This document shows positions 16,945 through 26,284 of a stretch of DNA of 27,343 nucleotides, piece after piece (position 1 is the first letter of the stretch; each line of letters begins with the position of its first letter). This stretch comes from a virus (taxonomy: Duplodnaviria; Heunggongvirae; Uroviricota; Caudoviricetes). Position numbers and translations under genes: made by a program. The stretch lies in the IMG/VR virus record IMGVR_UViG_2734482779_000006, positions 1 through 27,343 of that record; one strand, given 5' to 3'. The notes beneath the pieces were generated by a model that saw nothing but the letters and a program-made list of their open reading frames with translations, had not been told where the DNA came from and searched no databases.

Positions 16945-19614
16945 TTAGCGTCCCTCCTTGTAGCTGAATATCCAGCATTTCAATACTTCATTTTCTTTAG
17001 CCTGGGCTACCCCCCTTCCGGTGTTCGCCTGTTTGACTACCTCGCTACGGACTGACTTGTACCCAATCAGTGGCCGAGAACGACCAGTCTTGAGAAGCTT
17101 TATCATTTCGGGATTGGTTTGGATCTTCACATGGTGAATAGCGGCAACCTGCTCCAGTTGCGGGATACTAACGGCAAGCCCATTCTGGGATCCCTTGCCA
17201 AAGTGGTTTACGCCGTATGCTGTTATGCCGTCCAGATAGTCGAACGCCTCCCAGAACGCTATTACTTCCGGCAAGTCATCCGTTACCGCTTTAGCTTGTT
17301 CCGCTGCCATTCGTTCCAGTTCCTGGCATGTGGCATTAAGCCATTCATCCGGGATATCAATAACGCATTTCAGCGCCCTGACCAGCGCAATAAGTTGCGC
17401 GTGATTTTTGGCAATACGCTGATGACGAATATTTTCGCAACCATAAAGGCGGGTTGTTTCAGGATCAGATAGTGCCATAAACGTCTCCATAATCGCCCGT
17501 TCCTGACTTACTGCCCGATGGATAAAACCTGATACCTGCTCAACGGGGTAAAGCTCCAGCCGTTTTGCTGCCAATCGGCTATCTGGTGAGTGGCGTTTTT
17601 TATCGGTGTATACGCGTACCAGACGCTCAATAATTGCCGATGAGGCGTTTACCGTGGCATTCTGCGCAATCACGATAGCCCCCTTAAAAACGGGGTCATA
17701 TGTGGCGTTATCATTGGTTTTAACGCCACGCACCCCAATACCGCCACCGTTATAGAGGCTTTTCAGGTTATCGAAATCAAACGCCCCCCTTTTTTGTGCG
17801 TTATCGCCCCTGTCCGCTTCAATCAGAACAACAGGTAATCCAGCAACCTGTCCAAAAGTTCGCTTCCAGCCTGATTCTGAGCCTTTGGTTGGATCAACAC
17901 CTTCATAGTTGTCACGGCCACACAAACGCCAGCAAAAATCAATTAACGTTGTTTTACCCGTACCTGGCTCTCCGGTAATCTCAAGAAAGGGGTAAGATGT
18001 GTTTTTCTGCCTGATTTGTTCGCTGAACAACGAACCCAACCAGAAAGCCAGGGTAATAATTCCCTTTTCACCAAACGCCAGCCAGAGATCTTCCACCCAG
18101 GATGTTGTAAATTCATCCGGTTTTTTATAGTTAATCTGCAATATTGGTTTTTTATTCAATGGTTTTGCGTTTACGCCATCAATTTCAAAATAATCCTCTT
18201 CATTGATTTCGTAGGTTTTACCATTACAAACCGCGATATCATTAAACAACCACGCACCAATCTCTTTGTTGTATCCGATAAAATCCTGACCGATAACACT
18301 TTTTATTGCGGGAAGGTCATTTTTTATTAATGCGTCAAGGTGCGCAGTTGTTCCGGTATAAATACCGCCTTTTGCTACGTGCAACAGACGTTTTTTAAAT
18401 TCAGATGCGGATGTTAATTGCCCTGATGTAAAGGTGTTTTTCACCGTAGCACCATCCGGGAATGTAATGCGGAAGTAATACCATGCTTCATCCGTATCAT
18501 TGTTTCGAATGTAATAAAGCGGCACTGGGTTACAGTTTGCGATTTCTTTTACAGCGCCGGATTCCTTGAGTGCAATTTTGCGCGCTTCATCTTCGTCAAC
18601 ATTTCGCTCATTAATGACACGCTCAACAGCCTTCATATGGCGCTCAATATCCAGCTTGAACCAGAACACACGGTTATCAAAGGGAAAATGAAATTCCTTT
18701 CGCTCACGAAAGGAAAACATTATTAGTGCCTTATCTCTCGGAGATTTCGCCAGCAATAAATCACCGTAATAACGGTATCTTTTCACATCATGGCCACGTA
18801 GCTTTCCGGCGATGTGTAAATCATTCCAGTCGCGTTTATTGTTGTTTTCACCCGGTAACGCCGCTGCCGTTCTCCAGCCGCCTTCGGCGCTGCGTTCTGC
18901 ATGTTTTTTTGCGTAACGCTCACCCGCACGCCCGTTATCCAGCGCCCACACAATAACCGGACGGGGATTATCTCCGCACAGCTTCGCCAGTTCTTCCAGC
19001 GCCTTATCAGGGTAGTTCACGGCAGACATGACAGAAACGGCCGCAATGCCATTCTGGTTAAGGCTGATGGCATCAAAGACACCCTCACAAATCCAGATTT
19101 CTTTGGCCTTGCTTAAATCTGCTCCCGGATAAGCCCACCACAGCCCCTTGTAGCTGCCGGAAAAATTCGCCTTGCGCGCGAAGCGTTCCGGTCGGTCTAT
19201 GATGCGCTCCCACCACACACCGTCAGCCAGCGTAAAACGCACGGTAGCAGCTTGTTCGCCGCTTTCCTTGTCCTGGTATCGCTCCTGAGTAAATGCGCCC
19301 TTCAGTGGCTCCACAGCAATATTGCGCGCCTCCTGAAGATAAGCTGCCGCCGCTGCGTATGGATCGTCTTTCGTGCTGATATAGCGATCTGACCATGATG
19401 AAAACACATCCGGGTAAAGTTCTTTGGTCAGCAGGTCTGTACCGCATTTATTTTCACGCCCGCAGTGTACGATGTACGGCCTTTCAAGGCTGGTAAACAG
19501 CTCCTTCTTTCCACATTGCGGACAAACACCATACCGAAGGTAGTTATTTTCTTCTTTGAAGTTGTAATCACGGATAAGACGGTTAATAATCTCTTTTCTG
19601 GTATCAGGCTTCAT
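16945..19614 (-). CDS. P4 alpha-like primase-helicase
   Basis: 889 aa; N-terminal zinc-binding CPQCGKK...HCGRENKC; Walker A GEPGTGKTT in the C-terminal helicase region; location and size typical of satellite-phage alpha proteins. Confidence 0.9.
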   Translation of the reverse strand: MKPDTRKEIINRLIRDYNFKEENNYLRYGVCPQCGKKELFTSLERPYIVHCGRENKCGTDLLTKELYPDVFSSWSDRYISTKDDPYAAAAAYLQEARNIAVEPLKGAFTQERYQDKESGEQAATVRFTLADGVWWERIIDRPERFARKANFSGSYKGLWWAYPGADLSKAKEIWICEGVFDAISLNQNGIAAVSVMSAVNYPDKALEELAKLCGDNPRPVIVWALDNGRAGERYAKKHAERSAEGGWRTAAALPGENNNKRDWNDLHIAGKLRGHDVKRYRYYGDLLLAKSPRDKALIMFSFRERKEFHFPFDNRVFWFKLDIERHMKAVERVINERNVDEDEARKIALKESGAVKEIANCNPVPLYYIRNNDTDEAWYYFRITFPDGATVKNTFTSGQLTSASEFKKRLLHVAKGGIYTGTTAHLDALIKNDLPAIKSVIGQDFIGYNKEIGAWLFNDIAVCNGKTYEINEEDYFEIDGVNAKPLNKKPILQINYKKPDEFTTSWVEDLWLAFGEKGIITLAFWLGSLFSEQIRQKNTSYPFLEITGEPGTGKTTLIDFCWRLCGRDNYEGVDPTKGSESGWKRTFGQVAGLPVVLIEADRGDNAQKRGAFDFDNLKSLYNGGGIGVRGVKTNDNATYDPVFKGAIVIAQNATVNASSAIIERLVRVYTDKKRHSPDSRLAAKRLELYPVEQVSGFIHRAVSQERAIMETFMALSDPETTRLYGCENIRHQRIAKNHAQLIALVRALKCVIDIPDEWLNATCQELERMAAEQAKAVTDDLPEVIAFWEAFDYLDGITAYGVNHFGKGSQNGLAVSIPQLEQVAAIHHVKIQTNPEMIKLLKTGRSRPLIGYKSVRSEVVKQANTGRGVAQAKENEVLKCWIFSYKEGR

Positions 19615-19660
19615 ATATAAATCCTCTCCCCCCCCCTGTAAAAATACAGGGGGTTATTCT
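19615..19660 (-). other. stem-loop plus G9 tract in the primase 5' leader
   Basis: On the minus strand CCCCCTGTA-TTTTT-ACAGGGGG hairpin followed by GGGGGGGGGAGAGGA and the ATG; no U-tract, so not a canonical terminator. Confidence 0.4.
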
Positions 19661-19966
19661 TTATAATTGTTTATTGCTTTCTGAAATCCCCACAAACCGT
19701 GCAGCATGTAGAGAGAAAGGGCGCTCAGAGTAATAAATATTGCCTTTTATTCTTTCCAGTTCGCGCAACAAAATGCGCAAAATCGCCTTCATTTGTGAAC
19801 CTGATACAATGTCAGCGCCAGGAGTATCTATTGCAATGTCAGAGAAATAAGATAATAAATCAAGTGTTAAAATAACATCACAAAGAGAGTTATTTGCATC
19901 ATCGGAGATAAATCCAACATATTTAGATAAAATATCATGAATAAACATATTCTGATTTTCAGACAT
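19661..19966 (-). CDS. hypothetical protein (satellite early region)
   Basis: 101-aa ORF directly upstream of the primase leader; no recognisable motif. Confidence 0.4.
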   Translation of the reverse strand: MSENQNMFIHDILSKYVGFISDDANNSLCDVILTLDLLSYFSDIAIDTPGADIVSGSQMKAILRILLRELERIKGNIYYSERPFSLHAARFVGISESNKQL

Positions 19967-20033
19967 AAAAGCTCCCCGACCCGTTAAGGCCGAAATATAA
20001 AATTAATTCAGTTATCAGTTGGCAATTCGGGAA

Positions 20034-20252
20034 TCAGGCAGAAAGCTGCGTAACCTTCAACGCCCTGAAATGTGTCATTCCCAGCTCTTCCAGCCCTTCG
20101 GCTGCGCGGCGTATGGCTTCGCCCGGCCCCGTTCCGTATACCGTTGCGTGTGCATGTTTGGTTAACCCGCGCTTATTAACGGCATAACCCAACACAAAGA
20201 AACGTTTTTCACCACTGCCATTATTTTTACGGGATATTGAACGGCTTTTCAT
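20034..20252 (-). CDS. hypothetical small protein
   Basis: 72-aa ORF at the end of a chain of overlapping small genes. Confidence 0.4.
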   Translation of the reverse strand: MKSRSISRKNNGSGEKRFFVLGYAVNKRGLTKHAHATVYGTGPGEAIRRAAEGLEELGMTHFRALKVTQLSA

Positions 20253-20437
20253 TTCTTCACCTTTACCACTGATGCTGTGAGTTCTTCTTCTGGCAATTGA
20301 TATTTCGGCGCAATTTCTTCCGTATACCTGATAGCGTCCCTTGCCGCTTTTCCTTTTGATTTATATTTACGTATCGTGTGGAAGTTTTCTTCCTCTCCTG
20401 TTACCACATTACGCAATTTAATATGGATCTCGTACAT
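20249..20437 (-). CDS. hypothetical small protein
   Basis: 62 aa from internal ATG (MYEIHIKL...); stop overlaps the next start (ATGA). Confidence 0.4.
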   Translation of the reverse strand: MYEIHIKLRNVVTGEEENFHTIRKYKSKGKAARDAIRYTEEIAPKYQLPEEELTASVVKVKK

Positions 20438-20439
20438 CG

Positions 20440-20622
20440 TTACCCCTCCATGATTTTTACTGCGCATTTGTGGGTTAATCGCCCCTGTTTGTCATTGCGG
20501 GAATATGCCATACGACAGGCATCACGCCATGCATCGTCATAAGTCGGGTATTCCCGGGCATGAATCATCTGGCGAACGTCGCCGTTCTGGCAGTTAATCA
20601 GGGTGATAAGGAGCTTAAACAT
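20440..20622 (-). CDS. hypothetical small protein
   Basis: 60 aa from ATG 20622 with GGGAGG RBS 7 nt upstream (MFKLLITLINCQNGDV...). Confidence 0.4.
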   Translation of the reverse strand: MFKLLITLINCQNGDVRQMIHAREYPTYDDAWRDACRMAYSRNDKQGRLTHKCAVKIMEG

Positions 20623-20788
20623 GGCACGCCTCCCGGACACGAATACGGGCAACAAAGACCAGACGGGATGCCGGAAGCAGGGCGCGCGCTTCGCGCTCAC
20701 TGGCAGCGGTAACGGTATGAAGGCGGATATTTTTACCGTGGCACTGCATAAAGCGCCAGATAAAATCAGGGCGTGTTGATATAGCCAT
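20615..20788 (-). CDS. hypothetical small protein
   Basis: 57 aa from ATG 20788 (GGGAG RBS); the longer 175-aa version upstream is low-complexity and unlikely to be coding. Confidence 0.3.
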   Translation of the reverse strand: MAISTRPDFIWRFMQCHGKNIRLHTVTAASEREARALLPASRLVFVARIRVREACHV

Positions 20789-21204
20789 ATGAAAGGCTCC
20801 CAATTCAAGTTTAAGAAGCCTCACTACAACGCTGTCAAACGTGGTGGCGAGACGTAACAGGGTTGACAGACTGGCAAATTGGGAAACCAGCGAGCATAAA
20901 GCTCCCCCATTACGCCCCGCCATAATACGGGAAAGGGTGGTATTACGGGCACAAAAAAACCGCATTACGGAATACAAGCGGCTACCCGCCAATTTATTCA
21001 GGCTGTCAAACCCGGCACCTGTTTTATGAGGTGCGGGCAAACGATACGCCATGACAAAAAAGCGAGTCAAGCAATATTGCAAATTATTTTGGCGCGATTG
21101 CGCTGAGTGATTGATTTTTAAGAGTAAAAAAGCCATAATCATTTCTGCCTATTATTTCTTATTGTTGGTTTCAGGTGCACTAAATGCACATCCTTGACTG
21201 GTTG

Positions 21205-21236
21205 GCTCGCTAGCTTTAGCGAGCTTCTTTTTTTTG
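21205..21236 (+). terminator. plus-strand intrinsic terminator inside the satellite leader region
   Basis: GCTCGCTA-GCTT-TAGCGAGC hairpin followed by TTCTTTTTTTTG; orientation is antisense to the satellite genes. Confidence 0.5.
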
Positions 21237-21697
21237 CTCTGCTGCCAGTACCCGGCCTCCTTCCCTCACATGTAGTAATGTGCCCGCTCCAGTCAGCTGG
21301 ATAATGCTGTATTCCCGGACATCCGGTTATGATGTTTAAAGCGTTTGTTTGTTTATGCCACGTGGAGAATATCCCCATGTCGCCATTACTTGTATTTATC
21401 ATAACAGTTTACCCAATCCGGTTAATGTAACCGGAATAACTCAATTTCATACACTGTAAATAAATGCTGATTTTGAACTTAGCTCCTTGGAATATATTTC
21501 TTACGTGTGATGTACAGGTGAAAATATCCCTCTGATAGTCCATTTTCTTTTATTGGGTCACATCTGTTTACTCCGGTTCCCTTAACAAGGGTAGAGCATC
21601 TTTTAAACCATGAATGCATCTTTGGTTAAGTGATGTTTCTTATTGAATGAAATGTTTAGGCGCATATCGCGCCATGCTGACTATAAAGTGAAAATAA

Positions 21698-21919
21698 TTA
21701 AGCCTGAAAACGTTGTTGTTTTCTTTCTTCTATCCAGTCGATAATTTCCTCTTCAACCCATGCAACCGCACGAGGGCCTATTTTTATTGGTTTGGGGAAT
21801 ATATCAGATTTTATATCTTCGTAAATTCGAGCTCTCGATCTCCCTGTGATTTCAATGACTCTGGGGAGTCTTATTAATTTTTGAATCCGCCTTTCGCTGG
21901 TCTGTGAGTATGCTGACAT
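21698..21919 (-). CDS. AlpA/Vis-family transcriptional regulator or excisionase
   Basis: IRLPRVIEITGRSRARIYEDIKSDIFPKPIKIGPRAVAWVEEEIIDWIEER follows the AlpA pattern RLPxVxxxTGxxRxTIY...FPxP...GxRxVxWxExEIxxW. Confidence 0.8.
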   Translation of the reverse strand: MSAYSQTSERRIQKLIRLPRVIEITGRSRARIYEDIKSDIFPKPIKIGPRAVAWVEEEIIDWIEERKQQRFQA

Positions 21920-22448
21920 ATTGGCCTCCTGTATATGCTGAACACTTTATGTTAGCTCACAGTGGGAGCATGTAAGATCTCGCGGTCGTCTGCGGGACGA
22001 GAAAAATCATAAACAACGAAAAGCGGATTTGTAAATCTGGTCGATTTTCAGACGGGGTTGACATGGACAGTTAGATTTGTTCCATGTGTGAAATATACAT
22101 TTTAGGACCACTTTAAGCCGCTTTAAACCGCCTGGAAGCGACAAAGAATAACAAGTTAGTGCCAGAAAGGTTTGCTGACTTACCCTTTCAGGCACCAGGA
22201 AAGCCCGTTCTGGGGGATGTAATGCTTGCGAACGCTGGAATAGTGGTTTCTGAAAACAAAAAAAGAATTGAAAATGTGATACATATCACAAAATGATATC
22301 GATAAAATAGTTTGATTTTTTTTGTTTTTATTAAAAGCACTGGTTAATTGTGAAAAATTAATTATAAATCAAATAGATATATCTGTTTTTTTAGGGTAAA
22401 AATCACTAGGTGCTTTTAGTGAGGTCTTATTCTATTGATTTTAAAAGA

Positions 22449-22482
22449 TAAAAAAATCGGCGTGTCCACATATTGTCCACGC
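22449..22482 (-). terminator. rho-independent terminator downstream of the satellite integrase
   Basis: On the minus strand GGCGTGGACA...TGTGGACACGCC hairpin followed by GATTTTTTT. Confidence 0.6.
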
Positions 22483-22530
22483 CTTGAGCTTAATTCAGCC
22501 GCTTGGGGTAGTTTAGTTTGTTGAGTTGAT

Positions 22531-23793
22531 TCAGTCTGTTTCGTTAGCCCATTTAAAATCATAGGGGGCAATATATGCCGTCTTGCAGGTGTCGAGATAA
22601 TCAGCCCACCATTGCAACATTCGGCGGCGTTCCTGCATATGTTCAGCTCTGTGAATGTATGCAGCCCGGACACTGCCTCTTTCCCTGTGACTCATCTGAA
22701 GCTCAACGGCTTCTCTTGTCCACCTGCCTGACTCTGTCAGCGCCGAACAGGCCATAGCTCTGAATCCGTGGCCACAAATATCTTTTTTTGTGTCGTATCC
22801 CATGTGGCGTAATGCCTTGTTAATGGTGTTTTCGCTCATTGGTTTTATCTGGTAATGGTCGCCGGGGAAAATAAACAATTCATCACCGGATATATTTCTT
22901 ATATCGTCAAGAAGCTGCATGGCCTGAGTGGGCAAAGGGATGGCGTGAGGGGTTCCCATTTTCGTTCCACGATATGAATATTTTACGCCTTCTATTTTTT
23001 CGCGTTCTGCTGGTATTACCCACATTGATTTATCAAAGTCAATTTCATTCCAACGAGCAAAACGCAATTCACTTGAGCGAATAAAAATTAATAAATTTAA
23101 TTTTAGTGCAAATTGCGTTAATAACCGTCCATTCATCTTGTGGTGGTAATCATTTATTTTGCCAAGTAATTCAGGTAATCGCTCAAGGGGAAGAGCGGGG
23201 CGATGTTTGGTTTTATTAGTTTCGATTGCACCGTTCAGTTCCTGCGCTGGATTGTATTTAATCATTCCATTCTGTACAGCGTAGCGCATAATGGCGTTCA
23301 TTCGCTGCTTGTTACGTGATGCTGTCTCAAGCACTCCTTTATCTTCCATTTTGCGTAAAGGAATCAGTAGATCCATGGTTGTGATCTCGTTAATTGGCCT
23401 TTTACCAAGAATGGGGAAGATGTGGTTTTCCAGGTCTTTTAAGACTTTTTGCGCGTGTAATTCGCTCCAGCCCTTTTTCCGGCTGTGCCATTCTCTGGCA
23501 ACGTCTTCAAAAAGCACTATTTGAGGTTTTGGTGTGTGCAGTGGGTCAATGCCTTTAGCCAGGCTCGCCAGATATTCATCACGAGCGTTCCTTGCCTGTG
23601 CAAGTGTTACGGCAGGATAAATGCCTAAAGCTCGGGTCGTTTCTTTACCGTTGATAACCTTGCGAAAGCGCCAGTATTTTGAGCCGTTGGGGTGAACATA
23701 GAGATACAGGCCTTTCCCGTCACGAAGTTTTTTAATTTTGTTGTTGTCCTTATCTGGTTTGGCGTTACGTACAGCTACATCAGTCAGTTTCAT
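22531..23793 (-). CDS. IntS-family tyrosine integrase of the P4-like satellite
   Basis: 420 aa from MKLTDVAVRNAKP (GGAGGA RBS); N-terminal arm-binding type; catalytic GHGFRAMACS and SVRAAYIHRAEH; C-terminal MLQWWADYLD parallels intS MMQWWADWLD; immediately downstream of argW. Confidence 0.9.
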   Translation of the reverse strand: MKLTDVAVRNAKPDKDNNKIKKLRDGKGLYLYVHPNGSKYWRFRKVINGKETTRALGIYPAVTLAQARNARDEYLASLAKGIDPLHTPKPQIVLFEDVAREWHSRKKGWSELHAQKVLKDLENHIFPILGKRPINEITTMDLLIPLRKMEDKGVLETASRNKQRMNAIMRYAVQNGMIKYNPAQELNGAIETNKTKHRPALPLERLPELLGKINDYHHKMNGRLLTQFALKLNLLIFIRSSELRFARWNEIDFDKSMWVIPAEREKIEGVKYSYRGTKMGTPHAIPLPTQAMQLLDDIRNISGDELFIFPGDHYQIKPMSENTINKALRHMGYDTKKDICGHGFRAMACSALTESGRWTREAVELQMSHRERGSVRAAYIHRAEHMQERRRMLQWWADYLDTCKTAYIAPYDFKWANETD

Positions 23794-23971
23794 TATGTTG
23801 ATCCTCCAGACGGGTACAAATAAAAATCGAACCAAGCGTACCCGTTTTTATACCCATTTTAATATGGGCTTCAGGCAAATTTAACGAGAGATAACGAGAC
23901 AATGGAAGAGATTTAACTCATTGAAAAACAATGGGTAATGGTTTTTTCTGAGAGATTGCGAGAAGTTGCGA

Positions 23972-24046
23972 TGGTGTCCCCTGCAGGAATCGAACCTGCA
24001 ATTAGCCCTTAGGAGGGGCTCGTTATATCCATTTAACTAAGAGGAC
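23972..24046 (-). tRNA. argW: tRNA-Arg (anticodon CCU)
   Basis: 75-nt sequence GTCCTCTTAGTTAAATGGATATAACGAGCCCCTCCTAAGGGCTAATTGCAGGTTCGATTCCTGCAGGGGACACCA on the minus strand; cloverleaf with CCU anticodon and encoded CCA end. Confidence 0.9.
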
Positions 24047-24121
24047 AATGCGGCATGAGTATACCCGCTAATGGAGTGCGGGGTAAGTACGCTGCCGCTC
24101 GATTGCTTAAACCCTCGCCAT

Positions 24122-25054
24122 TTATGCTGGGTTTTTATCATTTTTCTTAATGTTTTCCGCACGTTCTGCTTTTTGGCGTGCTTCTGCTTTACGCTTGTTG
24201 CTCATGTCGTTACGAATCTGTGCATGACTCATTAACGCGAAGATAAAGGTGCCGCCGCAGATGTTCCCCGCTAAAGTAGGTAGTGCGAAGGGCCAGATGA
24301 AATCGCTCCAGTGCAGCGTGCCGTTAAACACCAGATAGAGGATTTCAACAGAACCGACAACGATGTGGGTGGTGTCACCCAGTGCAATAAGCCAGGTCAT
24401 CAATATAATCACCACAATCTTTGCCGCACCCGCAGCAGGAAACATCCAAACCATAGTGGCGATCAGCCAGCCGGAAATGATCGCGTTGGCAAACATCTCG
24501 CTGGGGGTGTTCTTCATCACATCCATGCCGATTTTGACAAATGCATCGCGAGTTTCTTCATTGAAGATAGGCATATATTCAAATGCCCATGCAGCAATAC
24601 CTGTCCCGAGAATATTACCCAGCAGCACGACGCCCCATAATCGCATAAGTAAGCCGACGTTGCTCATTGTCGGTTTTTGCATGACGGGTAGTACCGCAGT
24701 CACGGTGTTTTCGGTAAATAATTGCTGGCGGGCCATTATGACGATAATAAAACCAAAGGTATAACCGAGATTCTCCAGTAAGAAGCTGCCCGGCACACCT
24801 TCCAGTTCGACATGAAATATCCCTTTTGCCAGTAACGAAGCGCCCATCGACAGACCCGCCGCAATGGCTGACCACAGTAGCGCCATTGCGTCGCGTTCCA
24901 GCTCTTTTTCACCATCCTGGCGGATATGCTCATGAATTGCCATCGCCCGGGAGGGGAGTCGGTCTTCATCTATTTCTATTTTTTTGCCGCGCTCTTTTTC
25001 TTCGCTCTCAACTTCAATTTCGTCGCTGTGTTGATCAATTTTGTCGTTGTCCAT
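24122..25054 (-). CDS. yfdC: inner-membrane protein YfdC (formate/nitrite transporter family)
   Basis: 310 aa, multiple transmembrane helices; position beside argW and mlaA matches the E. coli K-12 map. Confidence 0.8.
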   Translation of the reverse strand: MDNDKIDQHSDEIEVESEEKERGKKIEIDEDRLPSRAMAIHEHIRQDGEKELERDAMALLWSAIAAGLSMGASLLAKGIFHVELEGVPGSFLLENLGYTFGFIIVIMARQQLFTENTVTAVLPVMQKPTMSNVGLLMRLWGVVLLGNILGTGIAAWAFEYMPIFNEETRDAFVKIGMDVMKNTPSEMFANAIISGWLIATMVWMFPAAGAAKIVVIILMTWLIALGDTTHIVVGSVEILYLVFNGTLHWSDFIWPFALPTLAGNICGGTFIFALMSHAQIRNDMSNKRKAEARQKAERAENIKKNDKNPA

Positions 25055-25347
25055 GGTCTCTTCTCTTGAATTAGCACGTATAGCTAAAGCGTAGCGGCTT
25101 TTTTGCTCGCAACTGGCGGGAGTTACTCTGAAAATGTAGAAAAGGCTGCGTTTGCCTTTTTCTGTTTCTATAGAATCAAGTAGCCTACAGGGCGGCGATT
25201 ACCAGGCTATGATCAAATCAGCAAATCAGGGCGTCTGGACATCAGTTGACGTGCTGTTACAATCGCCCACACCTAAACAGGCGGATACGGTATCGTTCCG
25301 TCATGGATGGCAAACTGCATAAGCCATAAAAAAACAGGGAGACATTT

Positions 25348-26103
25348 ATGAAGCTTCGCCTGTCGGCGCTTGCTCTGGGAACTACGCTTCTGGTGGGGTG
25401 TGCGAGTTCCGGTACAGATCAGCAAGGGCGTTCTGACCCGTTAGAAGGGTTCAACCGCACCATGTACAACTTCAACTTCAACGTATTAGACCCGTATATT
25501 GTTCGACCGGTCGCTGTCGCCTGGCGTGATTATGTTCCGCAACCGGCGCGTAATGGTTTGAGCAACTTTACTGGCAACCTTGAAGAACCTGCGGTGATGG
25601 TTAACTACTTCTTGCAGGGCGACCCTTATCAGGGGATGGTCCACTTTACCCGCTTTTTCCTGAACACCATTTTGGGGATGGGCGGCTTTATTGATGTTGC
25701 AGGGATGGCGAACCCGAAACTGCAACGGACTGAACCTCACCGCTTCGGTAGTACGCTTGGTCATTATGGCGTGGGTTATGGGCCTTACGTTCAGTTACCG
25801 TTCTACGGTAGCTTCACGCTGCGTGATGACGGTGGTGATATGGCGGATGGTCTTTACCCGGTTCTTTCCTGGCTGACCTGGCCGATGTCTGTGGGTAAAT
25901 GGACGCTTGAAGGGATCGAAACCCGCGCTCAGCTGCTGGATTCCGATGGTCTGCTGCGTCAGTCGTCCGATCCTTATATTATGGTGCGCGAAGCGTACTT
26001 CCAGCGTCATGATTTCATCGCTAATGGCGGCGAACTCAAACCGCAGGAAAATCCGAACGCACAAGCGATTCAGGATGATTTAAAAGATATTGATTCTGAA
26101 TAA
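25348..26103 (+). CDS. mlaA: outer-membrane lipoprotein MlaA (VacJ)
   Basis: 251 aa with lipoprotein signal peptide and lipobox LLVGC; the full sequence matches my recollection of E. coli MlaA; followed by a terminator. Confidence 0.9.
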   Translation: MKLRLSALALGTTLLVGCASSGTDQQGRSDPLEGFNRTMYNFNFNVLDPYIVRPVAVAWRDYVPQPARNGLSNFTGNLEEPAVMVNYFLQGDPYQGMVHFTRFFLNTILGMGGFIDVAGMANPKLQRTEPHRFGSTLGHYGVGYGPYVQLPFYGSFTLRDDGGDMADGLYPVLSWLTWPMSVGKWTLEGIETRAQLLDSDGLLRQSSDPYIMVREAYFQRHDFIANGGELKPQENPNAQAIQDDLKDIDSE

Positions 26104-26112
26104 GAAACAAAT

Positions 26113-26145
26113 AAAAAAGGTGAGTCGCAAAACTCACCTTTTTTG
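26113..26145. terminator. bidirectional intrinsic terminator after mlaA
   Basis: A-run, GGTGAGT-CGCAAA-ACTCACC hairpin, T-run. Confidence 0.7.
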
Positions 26146-26284
26146 TTGTTATCCCTCAATTACCACAAGTAAAAGGAGATAAACCGACAATGACCCGGAC
26201 GTAATGATGTAAAAATACTGATGTTCGTCACTGACTATTTCCGATATTCAGGCGTTGAAAAATCAAAAAACTGGAAAAATAATT

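Larger units (their letters stand above)
11331..23986. mobile_element. P4-like satellite element integrated at argW, tandem to the P22-like prophage
   Basis: Bounded by 16-bp att direct repeats; contains integrase, alpA, small-gene cassette, alpha primase, Ogr/Delta and mazEF. Confidence 0.65.

Noticed and set aside
20808-21142. N-terminal extension of the 175-aa ORF (20615-21142)
   Set aside because: Low-complexity Leu/Ser/Arg-rich translation with no RBS at its start; only the last 57 codons (from ATG 20788) look gene-like.
22007-22673. ORFs of 62 and 85 aa in the alpA-int intergenic region, and the 14-codon N-terminal extension of the satellite integrase
   Set aside because: No RBS and AT-rich promoter-like context; the integrase is better started at ATG 23793 with a GGAGGA RBS.
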